Source: a virus (Duplodnaviria > Caudoviricetes). From it: 64,000 bases of DNA. The translations under genes were made by a program, and so were the position numbers. Shown in pieces: positions 17,656 to 27,982 of the stretch. The notes under the pieces were generated by a model. It searched no databases. It had not been told where the DNA came from and worked only from the letters and a program-made list of their open reading frames with translations. Numbering within the stretch: the first letter of the stretch is position 1; each line of letters begins with the position of its first letter. Location of the stretch: positions 7,679 to 71,678 of the IMG/VR virus record IMGVR_UViG_2885972705_000001; one strand, given 5' to 3'.

Positions 17656-17666
17656 GGGCGGTTATC

Positions 17667-18005
17667 TCAGGGGTGAAAGGTTTGCTGGAATGTGGCGGTG
17701 ATGGCGTAGACCTGGCCACCGCGATGCACGGGCTTGTAGCCGTTGCACTTGTAGAGGCCAAGCTCCCCGAGGGGCGGCGTCCAGAGAAACGCCTTTGCCC
17801 CCTTGTGCCGATCAAGGAACGCCTTGATCAACATCACCCGGGGCTTGCCGCCTGTGAAGACGAGCGGCCAGGACTGGGACTGATTGTTGAGGCCGTCCTC
17901 GACCGACTGCTCGTAACCGTCCCCGAACTGCTTGGTGCGAACGCGCTGGGCAACATCCCCTTCCGCGCCCTTTTCCGTCTCCCAGATGAATCGTTCGATG
18001 GCCAT
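17667..18005 (-). CDS. Minor tail protein M
   Basis: FGDGYEQ...DGLN, FLDRHKG.KAFLWTPP. Confidence 0.92.
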   Translation of the reverse strand: MAIERFIWETEKGAEGDVAQRVRTKQFGDGYEQSVEDGLNNQSQSWPLVFTGGKPRVMLIKAFLDRHKGAKAFLWTPPLGELGLYKCNGYKPVHRGGQVYAITATFQQTFHP

Positions 18006-21000
18006 CAGCGCCCCTTGATTGCTTTGTTGATGACGCCGCCCTGGCGCATGTCCTTCGTCCGTAGTTCCTGATACCTCTGCTCGACGAAGGTCGCCAACTC
18101 TTTGCCGAACAGGTCGTAGCCGGGATCATCGGATGAGGACGACGTGTTGCCGTCTCCGTCGATATGCACCTCGACATTGATCTGCGTGCCGCCACCGCCA
18201 CCGCCGCCCATCGCCATAACGCCAAGCTTGCCGCTGGAGGTTCGCGTGAGTGGCATGATCGCCTCTTCGCCCGCCTCACCCATGATGCCGGTCTTGCCGT
18301 TGCCCATACCGAACGCCTTGGGCTTACTGACGACAGAGTTGGTGAAGGCACCGCCGTCGGCGAACATCTGCACGCCATTGGCCCAGGCACCACCGTCCGC
18401 CTGAAAGTAGGCGCTGGAATAGCCAGCCTGCGATGCGCCGAGGTTTGACGACGTGGCACCGGCAGACCCGGCCGCCATGCCATTGCCACCTCCGGCCGCG
18501 CTGCCACCGAAGTAACTCGCAGCCGCGCCCACCAGACTGCCCAGCAATGCCGAGCTGGCCTGGCGCGTAGCAATGCGCGCCATATCCGCCAAGATCGATT
18601 TGGTGAAGTCAGAAAACTTCGCCTTCCCCGTGAGCACGAAATTGGAAACCGAGTCCTCCATGGTGCCGAAGGCGTTGCCAAACAGGCTTTTTGTCTGACC
18701 GGCGATGTTCTGCGCCGAGTCCAGGTAGTTTTCCCAGGCCGCCGTAGCGCCCTTCGTCCAGTCTCCTTGGGCGGCCTCCACATCCGCGTAGTTCTGCCGA
18801 ATCTGGTCGGTAGCCTTCTTGTTCGCGTCGGCGAGCGCCTGCGATTTGCGCGTGAACTCTTCATCCGACATGTTGCGCGACGGATCGGAGCGCTGATTTT
18901 CCAGTTCCAGCGACTGCTGAGCAAACCGGTCTTGCTGGCTGTTCAGTTGCCCGTTGAGCGCGTTCTGGCGATCACCCTGGCCGACGCCCAGCACGGCGCG
19001 CTGCCCGGCCAACTCCAAGGCTCGCTGTTGCTGCCCCAGTGCCTGTACGTACGAGCTGATCGCCCGCTCCTGCTTGGCAAGTCGCCCGACCTCGTTGGTC
19101 GCCAACACCTCAAGCTGGCTATCGGCATCCTTCTGCGCCTTCACCATCCCTGCGCGCGCGTCGGCGATCTTCTGGTCTAGCTGGATGCTTTGCGCGGCTG
19201 ACGTGGTTTTCTTGCCCTTGGCGGCCTCCAGCGCAGAGATCTCGGACTCGTACGCGGCCGTTACCTGGTCATGTTCGTTGCCGATCAGCGCCTGGCGACG
19301 CACCAGGTAGTCGGCCTCGGAGATGAGGCCGGCCCTCTGCGCCGCGTCCAATTCCTTCTGGTAGTTTTTGTAATCGGCTGCGATGGCTGCCAGGTTGTTC
19401 TTGGCGTCGTTGAAGCCGGTCAGGTCAACCTGACTGCCTGCCGTTTTCGGGTCTTTGTTCTTGGTCTCAAGCCCCTTCAGTAGCGTGTCGTAAGCACCAC
19501 CAGAGAACTTGGCGCCGTCGAAACTGACACCATCAAGCAATGGTGACTTCTGCCCGGTTTTCTCGGCGTTTTCGTAAAGGGCGCGGAACTGATCGTTGAG
19601 TTTCTTCAGCCCAGCCTGACGTTTGGCCAGAGGGTTGACGTTATCGAGCTGAGCATCCAGCGCCCGCTGAGCGTCAATGGCCTTCTGATTGGCGTCAGTG
19701 TTTTCACCGGTGGCGATTGCCAGATTTGAACTGGCCGCCTGCCTGGCTTTCAGACCTGCAAGTTTCTTTTCCAGAGCCTCGGTCGAGTCGTCATGCTCGC
19801 CGGTGCCCAGGCCCAGCGCAGTGTTGAGTGAGCTGAGCCCGTTGGAGATTGCGCCAGCTACACCACCACCCTTCCGGGTATCCAGCACCCGCTGAGTGAT
19901 CTCGATCTGCTTGGCCAGGTCGGGGAAGATCTCCGACCGGACTTCGGCGTACGCGCCTTTGATGGCGGTCTTGATGTTGTCCCAGTCGCGCTCAACGTCG
20001 GATAGCGACTCGCGGTAGGTCTTCAAGCGCGTCAGCGCAGCCTGATTCAGATCCTCGCTGAGAACATCCAAAGCGCGCTGGCTTTCGCCTTGGTCATCCA
20101 GCCCCTTGATCACCTGGTACTGCTCAAGAGTGAGCAATCCATACTGGCTGCTGATCTTTCCGGCTGCCTCCGTCGCGGTGTCGCCGGCGGTGGCAAAGGA
20201 CTTAGCCAACTCGCCCGCGCCCTGCCCAGTGACCTCGCTGACCGCCGCGGCAGCTTCGGCCAGATTGCGCATCTGCGTTCCGCTGGTGGCTGCGCCAGAC
20301 GCCAACGACACAACCGCCTCCCGCGCGCCGGTCAAGTTCCCGGTAACGCGGCCGGCACCGTCAGCCATGTCCTTCAGGCTCGCAATGGTCTGCCCTGCAC
20401 CGTTCGTGCCGCCATTGATTGCAGCGTTGAACTCGCGCGCCTGCTTCATCGCGTCGAAGTAGGCGTAGCCAAGCGATCCAATAACAGCGACCAGCAGGCC
20501 GGCCGGGATCAGCATCCCCGCAAGGCTCTTCGCCGACTCACCGGCGCCGGCACCCAGTTGTGCAATGGCCCGCGCCCCGCTGCCCAGATCGCCCGCCTGA
20601 ATGGCGTTGACGAGCTGCATCACGTTTTCTTGAGCCTGGCGCGTACCCAGTTTGAGCTTGTCGAACGCGCCAGCAGTCTCAGTCAGGCCAGACCGATCCT
20701 TTCCTATCTTCGCCAGCGCCTCGTTGTAACGCTCTGCGTCGATCTGACCGGATTTATGCAGGTCGTTGAGCGCCTTCTCCTGGGCTTCCAACTTCGCCAG
20801 CTTGGCGGTGACCGGATCAATCCCGTTGACCGTGCGTTTCAGCGCCTCAATCTGACGATTTTCCGCCTCAATCAGTTTCTGTTTCTGGGCCAGTTCCTTC
20901 GCTTCTGCCTTCTCGATCTTGTCGTAGGCCTTGCCCAGTTGGTCCTGGTACTTCGCTTGCTCCTCGATCGTGACCAGGCCACCCTTGCGAGCGCGCTCCA

Positions 21001-21352
21001 GCAAGCCCTCGGCCTGCACCAGCGATTCAATGCTGTCGATGTTGCCCGTCATTGCCTTGTCGAGTTGGCTGATGACGCTGATTTCCGCTACTGCGCTGTC
21101 GGCCGCCTTGCGGCTTGCCCCGGTCTGTCGATCCCTGGCAGCAGTGGATTTGTCGATGCTTTGAGCAACGTCCGCTTCGGCCTGGGAAACCTTCTTGCCG
21201 GTGTTGGCCAGGCCTTCACCAGTTTTGCCGAGGTCATCGATAGCCTTCTGGGCACCTTCCGACGAATCGACCAGCTTATCCAGATCGTCAGCAGCCTTTG
21301 CGGCCTGCGAGGACTCAACCGCAATGCCTAGGGTGGCGAAGTTCGTGCTCAT
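18005..21352 (-). CDS. Tail tape measure protein (lambda H-like)
   Basis: 1115 aa, Ala-rich helical; FSDFTKSILADMARI and GEAGEEAIMPL C-terminus. Confidence 0.93.
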   Translation of the reverse strand: MSTNFATLGIAVESSQAAKAADDLDKLVDSSEGAQKAIDDLGKTGEGLANTGKKVSQAEADVAQSIDKSTAARDRQTGASRKAADSAVAEISVISQLDKAMTGNIDSIESLVQAEGLLERARKGGLVTIEEQAKYQDQLGKAYDKIEKAEAKELAQKQKLIEAENRQIEALKRTVNGIDPVTAKLAKLEAQEKALNDLHKSGQIDAERYNEALAKIGKDRSGLTETAGAFDKLKLGTRQAQENVMQLVNAIQAGDLGSGARAIAQLGAGAGESAKSLAGMLIPAGLLVAVIGSLGYAYFDAMKQAREFNAAINGGTNGAGQTIASLKDMADGAGRVTGNLTGAREAVVSLASGAATSGTQMRNLAEAAAAVSEVTGQGAGELAKSFATAGDTATEAAGKISSQYGLLTLEQYQVIKGLDDQGESQRALDVLSEDLNQAALTRLKTYRESLSDVERDWDNIKTAIKGAYAEVRSEIFPDLAKQIEITQRVLDTRKGGGVAGAISNGLSSLNTALGLGTGEHDDSTEALEKKLAGLKARQAASSNLAIATGENTDANQKAIDAQRALDAQLDNVNPLAKRQAGLKKLNDQFRALYENAEKTGQKSPLLDGVSFDGAKFSGGAYDTLLKGLETKNKDPKTAGSQVDLTGFNDAKNNLAAIAADYKNYQKELDAAQRAGLISEADYLVRRQALIGNEHDQVTAAYESEISALEAAKGKKTTSAAQSIQLDQKIADARAGMVKAQKDADSQLEVLATNEVGRLAKQERAISSYVQALGQQQRALELAGQRAVLGVGQGDRQNALNGQLNSQQDRFAQQSLELENQRSDPSRNMSDEEFTRKSQALADANKKATDQIRQNYADVEAAQGDWTKGATAAWENYLDSAQNIAGQTKSLFGNAFGTMEDSVSNFVLTGKAKFSDFTKSILADMARIATRQASSALLGSLVGAAASYFGGSAAGGGNGMAAGSAGATSSNLGASQAGYSSAYFQADGGAWANGVQMFADGGAFTNSVVSKPKAFGMGNGKTGIMGEAGEEAIMPLTRTSSGKLGVMAMGGGGGGGTQINVEVHIDGDGNTSSSSDDPGYDLFGKELATFVEQRYQELRTKDMRQGGVINKAIKGR

Positions 21353-21618
21353 TTGGTTTCTCTCTGTTCCGCCATCACCTGCAGGGCTTCAGCCTCCATC
21401 CGCCGGAAGTCACTGAAAAGGGTTTGTCGCTGGCTGATCGGCACGCCGCACATCCGAATCACACCGGAGAGAACGCTGTAGTCCATGCCTGTTGCGCCGC
21501 ACGCGCCTGTGCGCCACTGGGTGCTCATGGCCTCGAAGACCTTGAAGGCGTCCCAGTTGTCGGGCCAGATGCCGACTTCCTTGTCGGGGATGTCCTGGCG
21601 AGACAAACCGAAGGCCAT
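21349..21618 (-). CDS. Tail assembly chaperone, frameshifted part (T-like)
   Basis: WPDNWDAF...TQWR..G.TGMDY; follows the slippery site. Confidence 0.8.
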   Translation of the reverse strand: MAFGLSRQDIPDKEVGIWPDNWDAFKVFEAMSTQWRTGACGATGMDYSVLSGVIRMCGVPISQRQTLFSDFRRMEAEALQVMAEQRETK

Positions 21619-21665
21619 CAGGTCTGCATCTGACGGCCCGGGTTCATACAGCGCGCGGGAGGCGC

Positions 21666-22046
21666 TTAGGAGTTTCCCAGGCGGGCTTCGCTGAAGGCTT
21701 CGGCGTACGCGTTAAGCACCGCCTTGGGCGCCGAGTTGATCGAGTTGACGAGGATGCGCACGTTTTCAGGCGTGAACTTTTCCTCGATGTCCCAACCGAC
21801 GACCACGTCCATCAACTGATCGGCTTGCAAGGCGATCTGAGCGGCAGTGAACGCCTTGAGGTCCATGTCACCGACTTGCTTGCTCAGCTCGTTGTGGCGC
21901 TCATTCCAGCCGGTGTACAGCTCGGCAAGTGCGGTACGGTCCAGGTACTGGAACTCGAACTCGACCTTTTCGGCGTTGTAGCCGGCCCGCTGGATCAGTA
22001 CGGTCGCCTTGAACGTGGGTTTCTGGATCAGCTTGAACTTGGCCAT
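21666..22046 (-). CDS. Tail assembly chaperone (G-like)
   Basis: Lies between tail tube and tape measure; ends RLGNS. Confidence 0.85.
   Translation of the reverse strand: MAKFKLIQKPTFKATVLIQRAGYNAEKVEFEFQYLDRTALAELYTGWNERHNELSKQVGDMDLKAFTAAQIALQADQLMDVVVGWDIEEKFTPENVRILVNSINSAPKAVLNAYAEAFSEARLGNS
21672..21678 (-). other. Programmed -1 frameshift heptamer G GGA AAC
   Basis: Slippery site at the 3' end of the G-like gene, analogous to lambda G GGA AAG. Confidence 0.75.
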
Positions 22047-22049
22047 GGG

Positions 22050-22706
22050 TTACACCGTGGTCGCGTAGCGAGTTGGCAGGCCAGTCAGGGCAACGCTGAT
22101 AACACGGGTCATCAGGTTGTTGCGCGACATGGTCGGCGTCGCGGTGATCGACACGTAGCCGTTGTAGATAATGCTGCTACCACCCGGGAGGTTCAGGCGG
22201 AGCAAGCGAGGCTGCTTGTCGTCGTCCGCTGCCTCGCAGACAGCCACATAGGGCTTGGACGGATCGTCAGCGACGGTGTAAGTCAGCGTGATCGGGTTCT
22301 TGGTGGTCGGCATCTGGCGATCGTTGTCGTCGGCCACGAAACCAAAGGTCAGGAACTGCTGATCGCCACCGGCCGAGTTCATTTCCGTGACCTGCGAGAT
22401 CTCGGTGAAGGCAGTCACCTCGCGGACAAAGCCGATACCGGAGCCCGCTGGATACTGCTGAGTGTTGGTCGTGTTCACGCCTGCCAAGGCGAACGTGCCG
22501 CTGGCAATTACCCCCACGCGGACACCGCGGCCGTCGAGGCGAGTCCAACCGGAATTGACGGCGATTACATCGCCCTCGGCCAGGCCATGGGCTGCAGCAG
22601 TTGCGATTGCCGGATTGGCATTGTTCAGCGCAGTAAACGGGATTTCAACGCCGTAAGTCGATGCAATCTCAAGGGTAGCGCCGTTGGGCATTTGGATGCC
22701 GGCCAT
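22050..22706 (-). CDS. Major tail tube protein
   Basis: MPNGATLEIA, SGWTRLDGR, GGDQQF; position in the tail operon. Confidence 0.85.
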   Translation of the reverse strand: MAGIQMPNGATLEIASTYGVEIPFTALNNANPAIATAAAHGLAEGDVIAVNSGWTRLDGRGVRVGVIASGTFALAGVNTTNTQQYPAGSGIGFVREVTAFTEISQVTEMNSAGGDQQFLTFGFVADDNDRQMPTTKNPITLTYTVADDPSKPYVAVCEAADDDKQPRLLRLNLPGGSSIIYNGYVSITATPTMSRNNLMTRVISVALTGLPTRYATTV

Positions 22707-22823
22707 GGGTGTTTCCTCTTTCCAGAAATGACATAACCCGCACAGAGGCGGGTTATTGGGTTTGCCCTTTGGGCGGTGGAAGTGCTAATCAGTTAGCTCC
22801 GTGATGAAGCACCGGGGACAACT

Positions 22824-23213
22824 ATGTTGACAGAGGCCGCTCTACTCAACCTGCTTCAAGAAATGGAAATTAGCTTGCATCAAACGAGTGTCCGCAGTAA
22901 CCCCGAACAACTCGATCGTCTATTGCACAGAGACTTCCATGAAATAGGTCGCTCAGGTGCCTTCTATTCAAAAGCTGATACGGTTGAAAGCTTGCCGAAT
23001 ATGAAGTCTCGCGTCGAAATCCTGGCGCGAAATTTCAAAATGACCGTGATCTCCAAAGACGCTTGCCTGCTGGTATACGAAGCCTCCCAATCCAGCCGCG
23101 ACGGAGCATCAAGGCAATACGCGCGCAGATCTTCAATCTGGAAGCTTGAGGCTGGAAATTGGCAAATGCTCTTCCATCAAGGGACGCCTACTCACCCGCT
23201 TGATCCTGGCTAA
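22824..23213 (+). CDS. NTF2-like (DUF4440-type) moron
   Basis: LLHRDFHEIGRSG, RRSSIW...WQMLFHQGT; antisense to the late operon. Confidence 0.8.
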   Translation: MLTEAALLNLLQEMEISLHQTSVRSNPEQLDRLLHRDFHEIGRSGAFYSKADTVESLPNMKSRVEILARNFKMTVISKDACLLVYEASQSSRDGASRQYARRSSIWKLEAGNWQMLFHQGTPTHPLDPG

Positions 23214-23626
23214 ACGATGTCGGCTCTGTATTCGAACGACACCGGCACGGTATATGTGGGCGGGTCGGGAATGCCCGGACCAGGATCAACTGGCGACATC
23301 GTAACGACGGTGAGGCCTGCCTTTGTGTCTCTCGCATAAAGCGGGAACAGCTTGGTCAACTCAGCCACTAGTGGGTTCGTCTTGGTCTTGCCGGTATTGG
23401 CCGGAGCCACAATGCTGACCTGGTAGACGCCGATGAAAGCTCGATGGTCGCCGGCTAGCGTGCTGCTGGCCGTCTCACCCGGGAGCATGAACGCCCGCAG
23501 GTAGGTCTCGCCGTCCGCCGGGTCGTACTGAGTGTTTTCGAACACGACCTTGATGGGCTCCGCACGCGCTTTACTCCAAGCGAGCAGCTTTGCCTCATAG
23601 ATCGACGCGATGATGGCATGGCTCAT
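23210..23626 (-). CDS. Tail terminator/completion protein
   Basis: YLRAFMLP, GVYQVSIVAP, YTVPVSFEYRAD. Confidence 0.8.
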   Translation of the reverse strand: MSHAIIASIYEAKLLAWSKARAEPIKVVFENTQYDPADGETYLRAFMLPGETASSTLAGDHRAFIGVYQVSIVAPANTGKTKTNPLVAELTKLFPLYARDTKAGLTVVTMSPVDPGPGIPDPPTYTVPVSFEYRADIV

Positions 23627-24279
23627 ACTTGGTTATTCCTGATGGCGTCATCGACAGTTTTCTGGAACTGAGACAACGTGACCCGAATCATCCCATGAGG
23701 CGCTTGCTTGCTATGCCCGTACTCAAGGGGGATTCCGTAGGGCAGGTTATTCACGATGTAGGCCGTTTGCCCCGCTGTCAGGGATTGAACCTGCGCTTTG
23801 AGCACAGCGATGCTGACGTTACCGCTGACATCGATTTGATCAAGCACTCCCTCGGCCGGCGTATCAATCGAAAACTGCCAGTTCCCGCGAAACCGCCCGC
23901 CGACGTAGCTCTTGCCTGCCACCAAACCGTTCACGCTGAAGTTCTGGTCGCGCTCGGTCTTGGTCAGGGGCTTGGCGTACTTCACGCCCTTTCGCAGCTT
24001 GCCGGCTTTGGTGAAGTTCGATTCGTTCAGGTTGATTATCGTATTGCGCACCGCGACCTTGAAGTCATAGTCATCGGCGGCTCGCTTGTTCGCCTGTCGG
24101 TGAACGACATTCGCCGCCCAGACCTCAGGATTCCCAACCGGCGACATACGTATCACGCTGCTACCGATCTCAATGACGATCTCGCGGATGGTCGCATCTA
24201 TGCTGCCTTTCGTTCGCTCGGCGAAGTCGCGAATGTTCTCAGCAAAGCTGCCGTTCATACTCGCGTATTTGTTCGTCAT
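23623..24279 (-). CDS. HK97 gp10-like tail completion protein
   Basis: SPVG...GGRFRGNWQ, NNLPYGIPLEYGHSKQAP.GM. Confidence 0.85.
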   Translation of the reverse strand: MTNKYASMNGSFAENIRDFAERTKGSIDATIREIVIEIGSSVIRMSPVGNPEVWAANVVHRQANKRAADDYDFKVAVRNTIINLNESNFTKAGKLRKGVKYAKPLTKTERDQNFSVNGLVAGKSYVGGRFRGNWQFSIDTPAEGVLDQIDVSGNVSIAVLKAQVQSLTAGQTAYIVNNLPYGIPLEYGHSKQAPHGMIRVTLSQFQKTVDDAIRNNQV

Positions 24280-24647
24280 GATCGCACCTGCAGCTCATAC
24301 AAGATCGGCGTGCCGGCCGGATTGACCTCTTTCAGCGGGGGCACGATTGTCCAAGTGCGCCCTTGGACGATGACCTGGTTCAAAAGATCAGGCGCCCATT
24401 CCAACCCCTGCGCGGCGATTTTCAGTTTCTTGTCGTCCTGCTTGATAAGGCTGTTGTTCTGGAATTCCTGGCCGGTAAAGTCTAGCAGGACTCCATGGGC
24501 AATTTGCTCTACAGTCGCGCCAGGCGATTCACCACCAGTCTCAGGATTGTATTCGCCCGGCTCCGATTTTCTGATGGCCACTGGTTGGCCGAACTGTGTT
24601 ATTAATCGTAAAGCCACTTCTGCAAATCGGTCATAAAAGTGCGCCAT
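24276..24647 (-). CDS. Head closure / head-tail joining protein
   Basis: GEYNPETG, IKQDDKK, NPAGTPILYELQVR. Confidence 0.75.
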   Translation of the reverse strand: MAHFYDRFAEVALRLITQFGQPVAIRKSEPGEYNPETGGESPGATVEQIAHGVLLDFTGQEFQNNSLIKQDDKKLKIAAQGLEWAPDLLNQVIVQGRTWTIVPPLKEVNPAGTPILYELQVRS

Positions 24648-24681
24648 ATCAAACTCTTCACTAATTCATCGAGGACAAGGA

Positions 24682-25005
24682 ATGACTCCCGAAAAAAAGG
24701 CAGCGACGGTACGAGAGGCACGCTTAAAGTTGCAAAAAGACGTCGATTCCGGCGTCGATACTGAAGCAAGCAAAAAAGTGCTACGAGATTCCATTGTTGC
24801 TTCTCTTAGAGGAACGCACCGAGCGATCTGGGCATCAGAATTTGCAATGAAACTCTTCCCAGCTGATCAGGAAACCCTGCCTTCTTTGTTTGAGTTCATC
24901 GAACAATTCGAGGAGATGATTGCTAAAGACATAATCTCTTTGCCAGCCGAAGAGGAAGACGATTTCACCCGCCTTGATGACGTAACGGCAATGTATCGAA
25001 TTTAA
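24682..25005 (+). CDS. Hypothetical moron, paralog of 15099-15425
   Basis: Antisense AT-rich insert; similarity visible by eye. Confidence 0.7.
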   Translation: MTPEKKAATVREARLKLQKDVDSGVDTEASKKVLRDSIVASLRGTHRAIWASEFAMKLFPADQETLPSLFEFIEQFEEMIAKDIISLPAEEEDDFTRLDDVTAMYRI

Positions 25006-25505
25006 ATTTTTATCGACCAAAGCCCGCGTTTAAGCAAGTAATCAGCAAACTGGCTTCGACTTGGTCGGCTTGGTGCCGCAGGAAGAAGCCTACTGCTGGT
25101 GTTGCTGATTGGTGCATATTCAACACTAACCGCGCCTTCGACACGCTCGCGGACTACTGCTCCTTGTCTTTGGTCGATTGGGTCGACGTCGTCGGTATGG
25201 ATCTCAGCAGCAAGCGCCATCTGCCCGTACTGGATCCGAGCCGGTAGGTAGTTGTTCGGCTTGATCTCGTGATCCAACAGCACTTCCCGGCGCGGCCAGG
25301 ACAGAGCTTGCTCGCTGTTGGACTTGCGTCCTTTCCAGACCATGCCATCCATCGCCAAGGCGGCCCGGCGCAGCAACGCTTCCTGCTCGGGAACGCCTGC
25401 TGGGATAACCGTGCCAAATTTCACGGCATACAGGGCCAGGTCCTCGGCGCTTGCATAGCTTTCCGCGTCAGGCTTGCCGGTGCCGTCCTCGATAATGAGT
25501 GTCAT
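25002..25505 (-). CDS. Head-tail adaptor protein
   Basis: LIIEDGTGKPDAESYAS, WKGRK...QALSWPR. Confidence 0.8.
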   Translation of the reverse strand: MTLIIEDGTGKPDAESYASAEDLALYAVKFGTVIPAGVPEQEALLRRAALAMDGMVWKGRKSNSEQALSWPRREVLLDHEIKPNNYLPARIQYGQMALAAEIHTDDVDPIDQRQGAVVRERVEGAVSVEYAPISNTSSRLLPAAPSRPSRSQFADYLLKRGLWSIKI

Positions 25506-25564
25506 GCGTCAACTCGCTGGAATGGTTTGAAGATTGGCCGCCGGATCACCGACAGCCAGCATTA

Positions 25565-26149
25565 TCACTCCTTGGACAGATCAGCTACGAGCCTTTCCAG
25601 GGATTCTTTCGAGGCGTTGGCGCGGTAAGGCACCTGGGCTTCGTCCAGCTTCGCTTTCAACGCCGCGACTTCGCCGGCCTCGTCAGCCGTCTGCGCGACT
25701 GCGGCCTTCTTCAGCGCTTCAATCTCACTACGCAACTCGTCGACGGTAGAGGCCAGGTCGTCACGTTCCTTGGTCAACTCACCAAGAGAGGTATGGGCGG
25801 ACTCAAACGCATCAAACAAGCAGATCGCCAACTCGCCCGTTTCTGGACGCACCATTTCGCCAGTTTTCAGGCCGTCAACCAAGAAGACAATTGCATTGTT
25901 TTCAGCGCGCAGGCCGGCAATGAGGCGTTCCAGTTCAGCCTGATTGTCGGTGCCGACAACCTGCACTCGAGCGCCTTCCTTTACCGAAACATCGACGCCA
26001 ACCGACTCATAGGCGTCAACCACCTGCGGCCAATCGCCAATCACCATCACGCTGGTTACACCCGCTTCCGGCTTATCGAAGTGTTCCGGGTTGCGATAAC
26101 GCTCATCCGGGTCGAAGCCATCAAGCTGATTGCTGTAAGTCAGTTTCAT
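25565..26149 (-). CDS. Capsid-adjacent protein with coiled coil and C-terminal HeH-like motif
   Basis: LKAKLDEAQVPYRANASKESLERL. Confidence 0.65.
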   Translation of the reverse strand: MKLTYSNQLDGFDPDERYRNPEHFDKPEAGVTSVMVIGDWPQVVDAYESVGVDVSVKEGARVQVVGTDNQAELERLIAGLRAENNAIVFLVDGLKTGEMVRPETGELAICLFDAFESAHTSLGELTKERDDLASTVDELRSEIEALKKAAVAQTADEAGEVAALKAKLDEAQVPYRANASKESLERLVADLSKE

Positions 26150-26195
26150 GAATATCTCCGTGGCGGCCATTTCTGGCCGCCTTCAGGGGTTGTTA

Positions 26196-27158
26196 TCAGC
26201 CGCCGGCTGGAGGCGTGGCAGTCAGTTTGATCATCACGCCGGCGGTGACCTTGTTGCTGCCCGCGTGCTTGACCCAGTTAGCCGCGGAGCCAACGGCGGC
26301 GAGGGTTGGGTTGGAGCCGCCGGTGGTGGCTTTCCAGCTGTAACCCAGCACGTCGATGTTCACGGTGCCTTCTGCGCGGTAACCGATGCTCAAGTTCTCT
26401 TCGTCGTTGACTTCGTACGAGCGGAAGCCTGGAGCCTGAGACTCGGTGATGGTTACGGCGTTTGGCAGCAGGCCGAAGATCACGTCCGCCGGCGCGGTGT
26501 CGGTTACAAGCACCGGCTTGCCGAGAGTGCCGGGCAGACCGCCGTAGATCACGACACCGGCTTCTTCGTAGATCTTGTTGGTGATCGCCTCGTCAACGAT
26601 GTCGAAGTACGCAGACGAGTGCATGACCCACAGCGCGATGCGGCCGAACTTGTCGCCGAACTTGCGCATACCGCGCGTCAACGTCTTCTTGCCGTCGGTT
26701 TCGATATTGGCGGAGACCACCATTTCGGCGTTGGAGCCGATAGCGGCGCGCAGGCCGGCAGTCGCGTACTGGATGAAGCCTTCCAGGGTCGCGTCGGCCA
26801 CGTCGGCACCGACGATCTGGGAGAACTCCTCAACCGGACGACCGCGGCGCTTGAACGCCTCTTCGGTGGTCTGGTACGGGCCATACTTCCAAGGAGCCTT
26901 GACGCCGACAGCTTCGCCAGCGGTGATTTTCTTGGCGGTTACCTTGCCTTCGGAGTTGACGTCGCGGTGTTCCAGCGAGCCGTTCAGCTTGTAGAGCGCG
27001 CGCTTGCGGAAGTCGCCTTCGATCAGCTCGTTGTCGAGCACCATCGCGCCGTTGGACGATGCGTTGAACACATCGAGGTTGTCCTGGACACGCTCCAGGT
27101 ATGCGGTTTGCGCCTCATCGTTGTAGATGATCAGGTCGCTGTTGACGGTTGTAGCCAT
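26196..27158 (-). CDS. Major capsid protein
   Basis: 320 aa downstream of scaffold; DVFNASSNGAM, VMHS, LGKPVLVTD. Confidence 0.85.
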   Translation of the reverse strand: MATTVNSDLIIYNDEAQTAYLERVQDNLDVFNASSNGAMVLDNELIEGDFRKRALYKLNGSLEHRDVNSEGKVTAKKITAGEAVGVKAPWKYGPYQTTEEAFKRRGRPVEEFSQIVGADVADATLEGFIQYATAGLRAAIGSNAEMVVSANIETDGKKTLTRGMRKFGDKFGRIALWVMHSSAYFDIVDEAITNKIYEEAGVVIYGGLPGTLGKPVLVTDTAPADVIFGLLPNAVTITESQAPGFRSYEVNDEENLSIGYRAEGTVNIDVLGYSWKATTGGSNPTLAAVGSAANWVKHAGSNKVTAGVMIKLTATPPAGG

Positions 27159-27170
27159 GGGTTTGTCCCC

Positions 27171-27899
27171 TTACTTGGGCAATGCGAGATATGCGGTTTG
27201 GCCGTGCTTGCGCTGGAAGTCGCGCTTCTGCTCGGAGGTCATTTCGGAGCGCTTGAATGCAGCCTGGCCGCCACCCCCGCCCGGGGCATGTGTCCCTGAA
27301 GCCCTAGGCCACAGGTGAGGTGCGCTTTCGCGCAGGGATTCCGCCCATTCGAGCGGGGTCAGAGGGGACTTGCCGTCTTTGCCACGGACAATTTCTCCGT
27401 GCTCATCGACAGCTACCGCTTCACCCTCCTCGCTCAGAGAGAACACGCCCTTGGCGCGCAGGATGATGTCGTCGGTTGCTTCAGGGAGTGCACCAGCCTT
27501 CAGGGCTGCGCCGCGCACCGAGTCACCCAGGACTTTGCCCTGGAACTTGGCGGCGAAGGCTTCTGCCTTCTCGGCGCGGCCGGTGACGGCCTTCAGTTGC
27601 TTGTCGTAGTCACCGCGCAGGCGCTCGGTGCGGCGGGTGAAGACCTCGTCCACCTTGCCCTCGGTCAGCAGCTTGGTTTCTTCGTCTTGGCCGGCGCGGC
27701 TGAGCAAGCCCTTCACTGCATCGATGTCGATGCCTTCGAACTGGGTTTCAAACTGGGTCAGCTTGCCGGAGGTTTCCTTCAGCTTGCCCAGCAGCTCCGA
27801 GTTCTTGGTTTTGAGACCAGAAACAGATGCCTCAACGGCAGTCGCGATAGCGGCCTTGATTGCCGGATTTTCCAGGTCGATTTCGTTTTCTTCTGCCAC
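27171..27899 (-). CDS. Capsid scaffolding protein
   Basis: GLKTKNSELLG coiled coil, GGGGG linker, basic C-terminus. Confidence 0.8.
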   Translation of the reverse strand: MAEENEIDLENPAIKAAIATAVEASVSGLKTKNSELLGKLKETSGKLTQFETQFEGIDIDAVKGLLSRAGQDEETKLLTEGKVDEVFTRRTERLRGDYDKQLKAVTGRAEKAEAFAAKFQGKVLGDSVRGAALKAGALPEATDDIILRAKGVFSLSEEGEAVAVDEHGEIVRGKDGKSPLTPLEWAESLRESAPHLWPRASGTHAPGGGGGQAAFKRSEMTSEQKRDFQRKHGQTAYLALPK

Positions 27900-27982
27900 G
27901 TTGATGCACCCCTTGGGTTTGGTCGGCCCGCTTTGCAGGCATAAAAAAACCCCGGATAACCGGGGCTTTTGGAATCGTGTGG

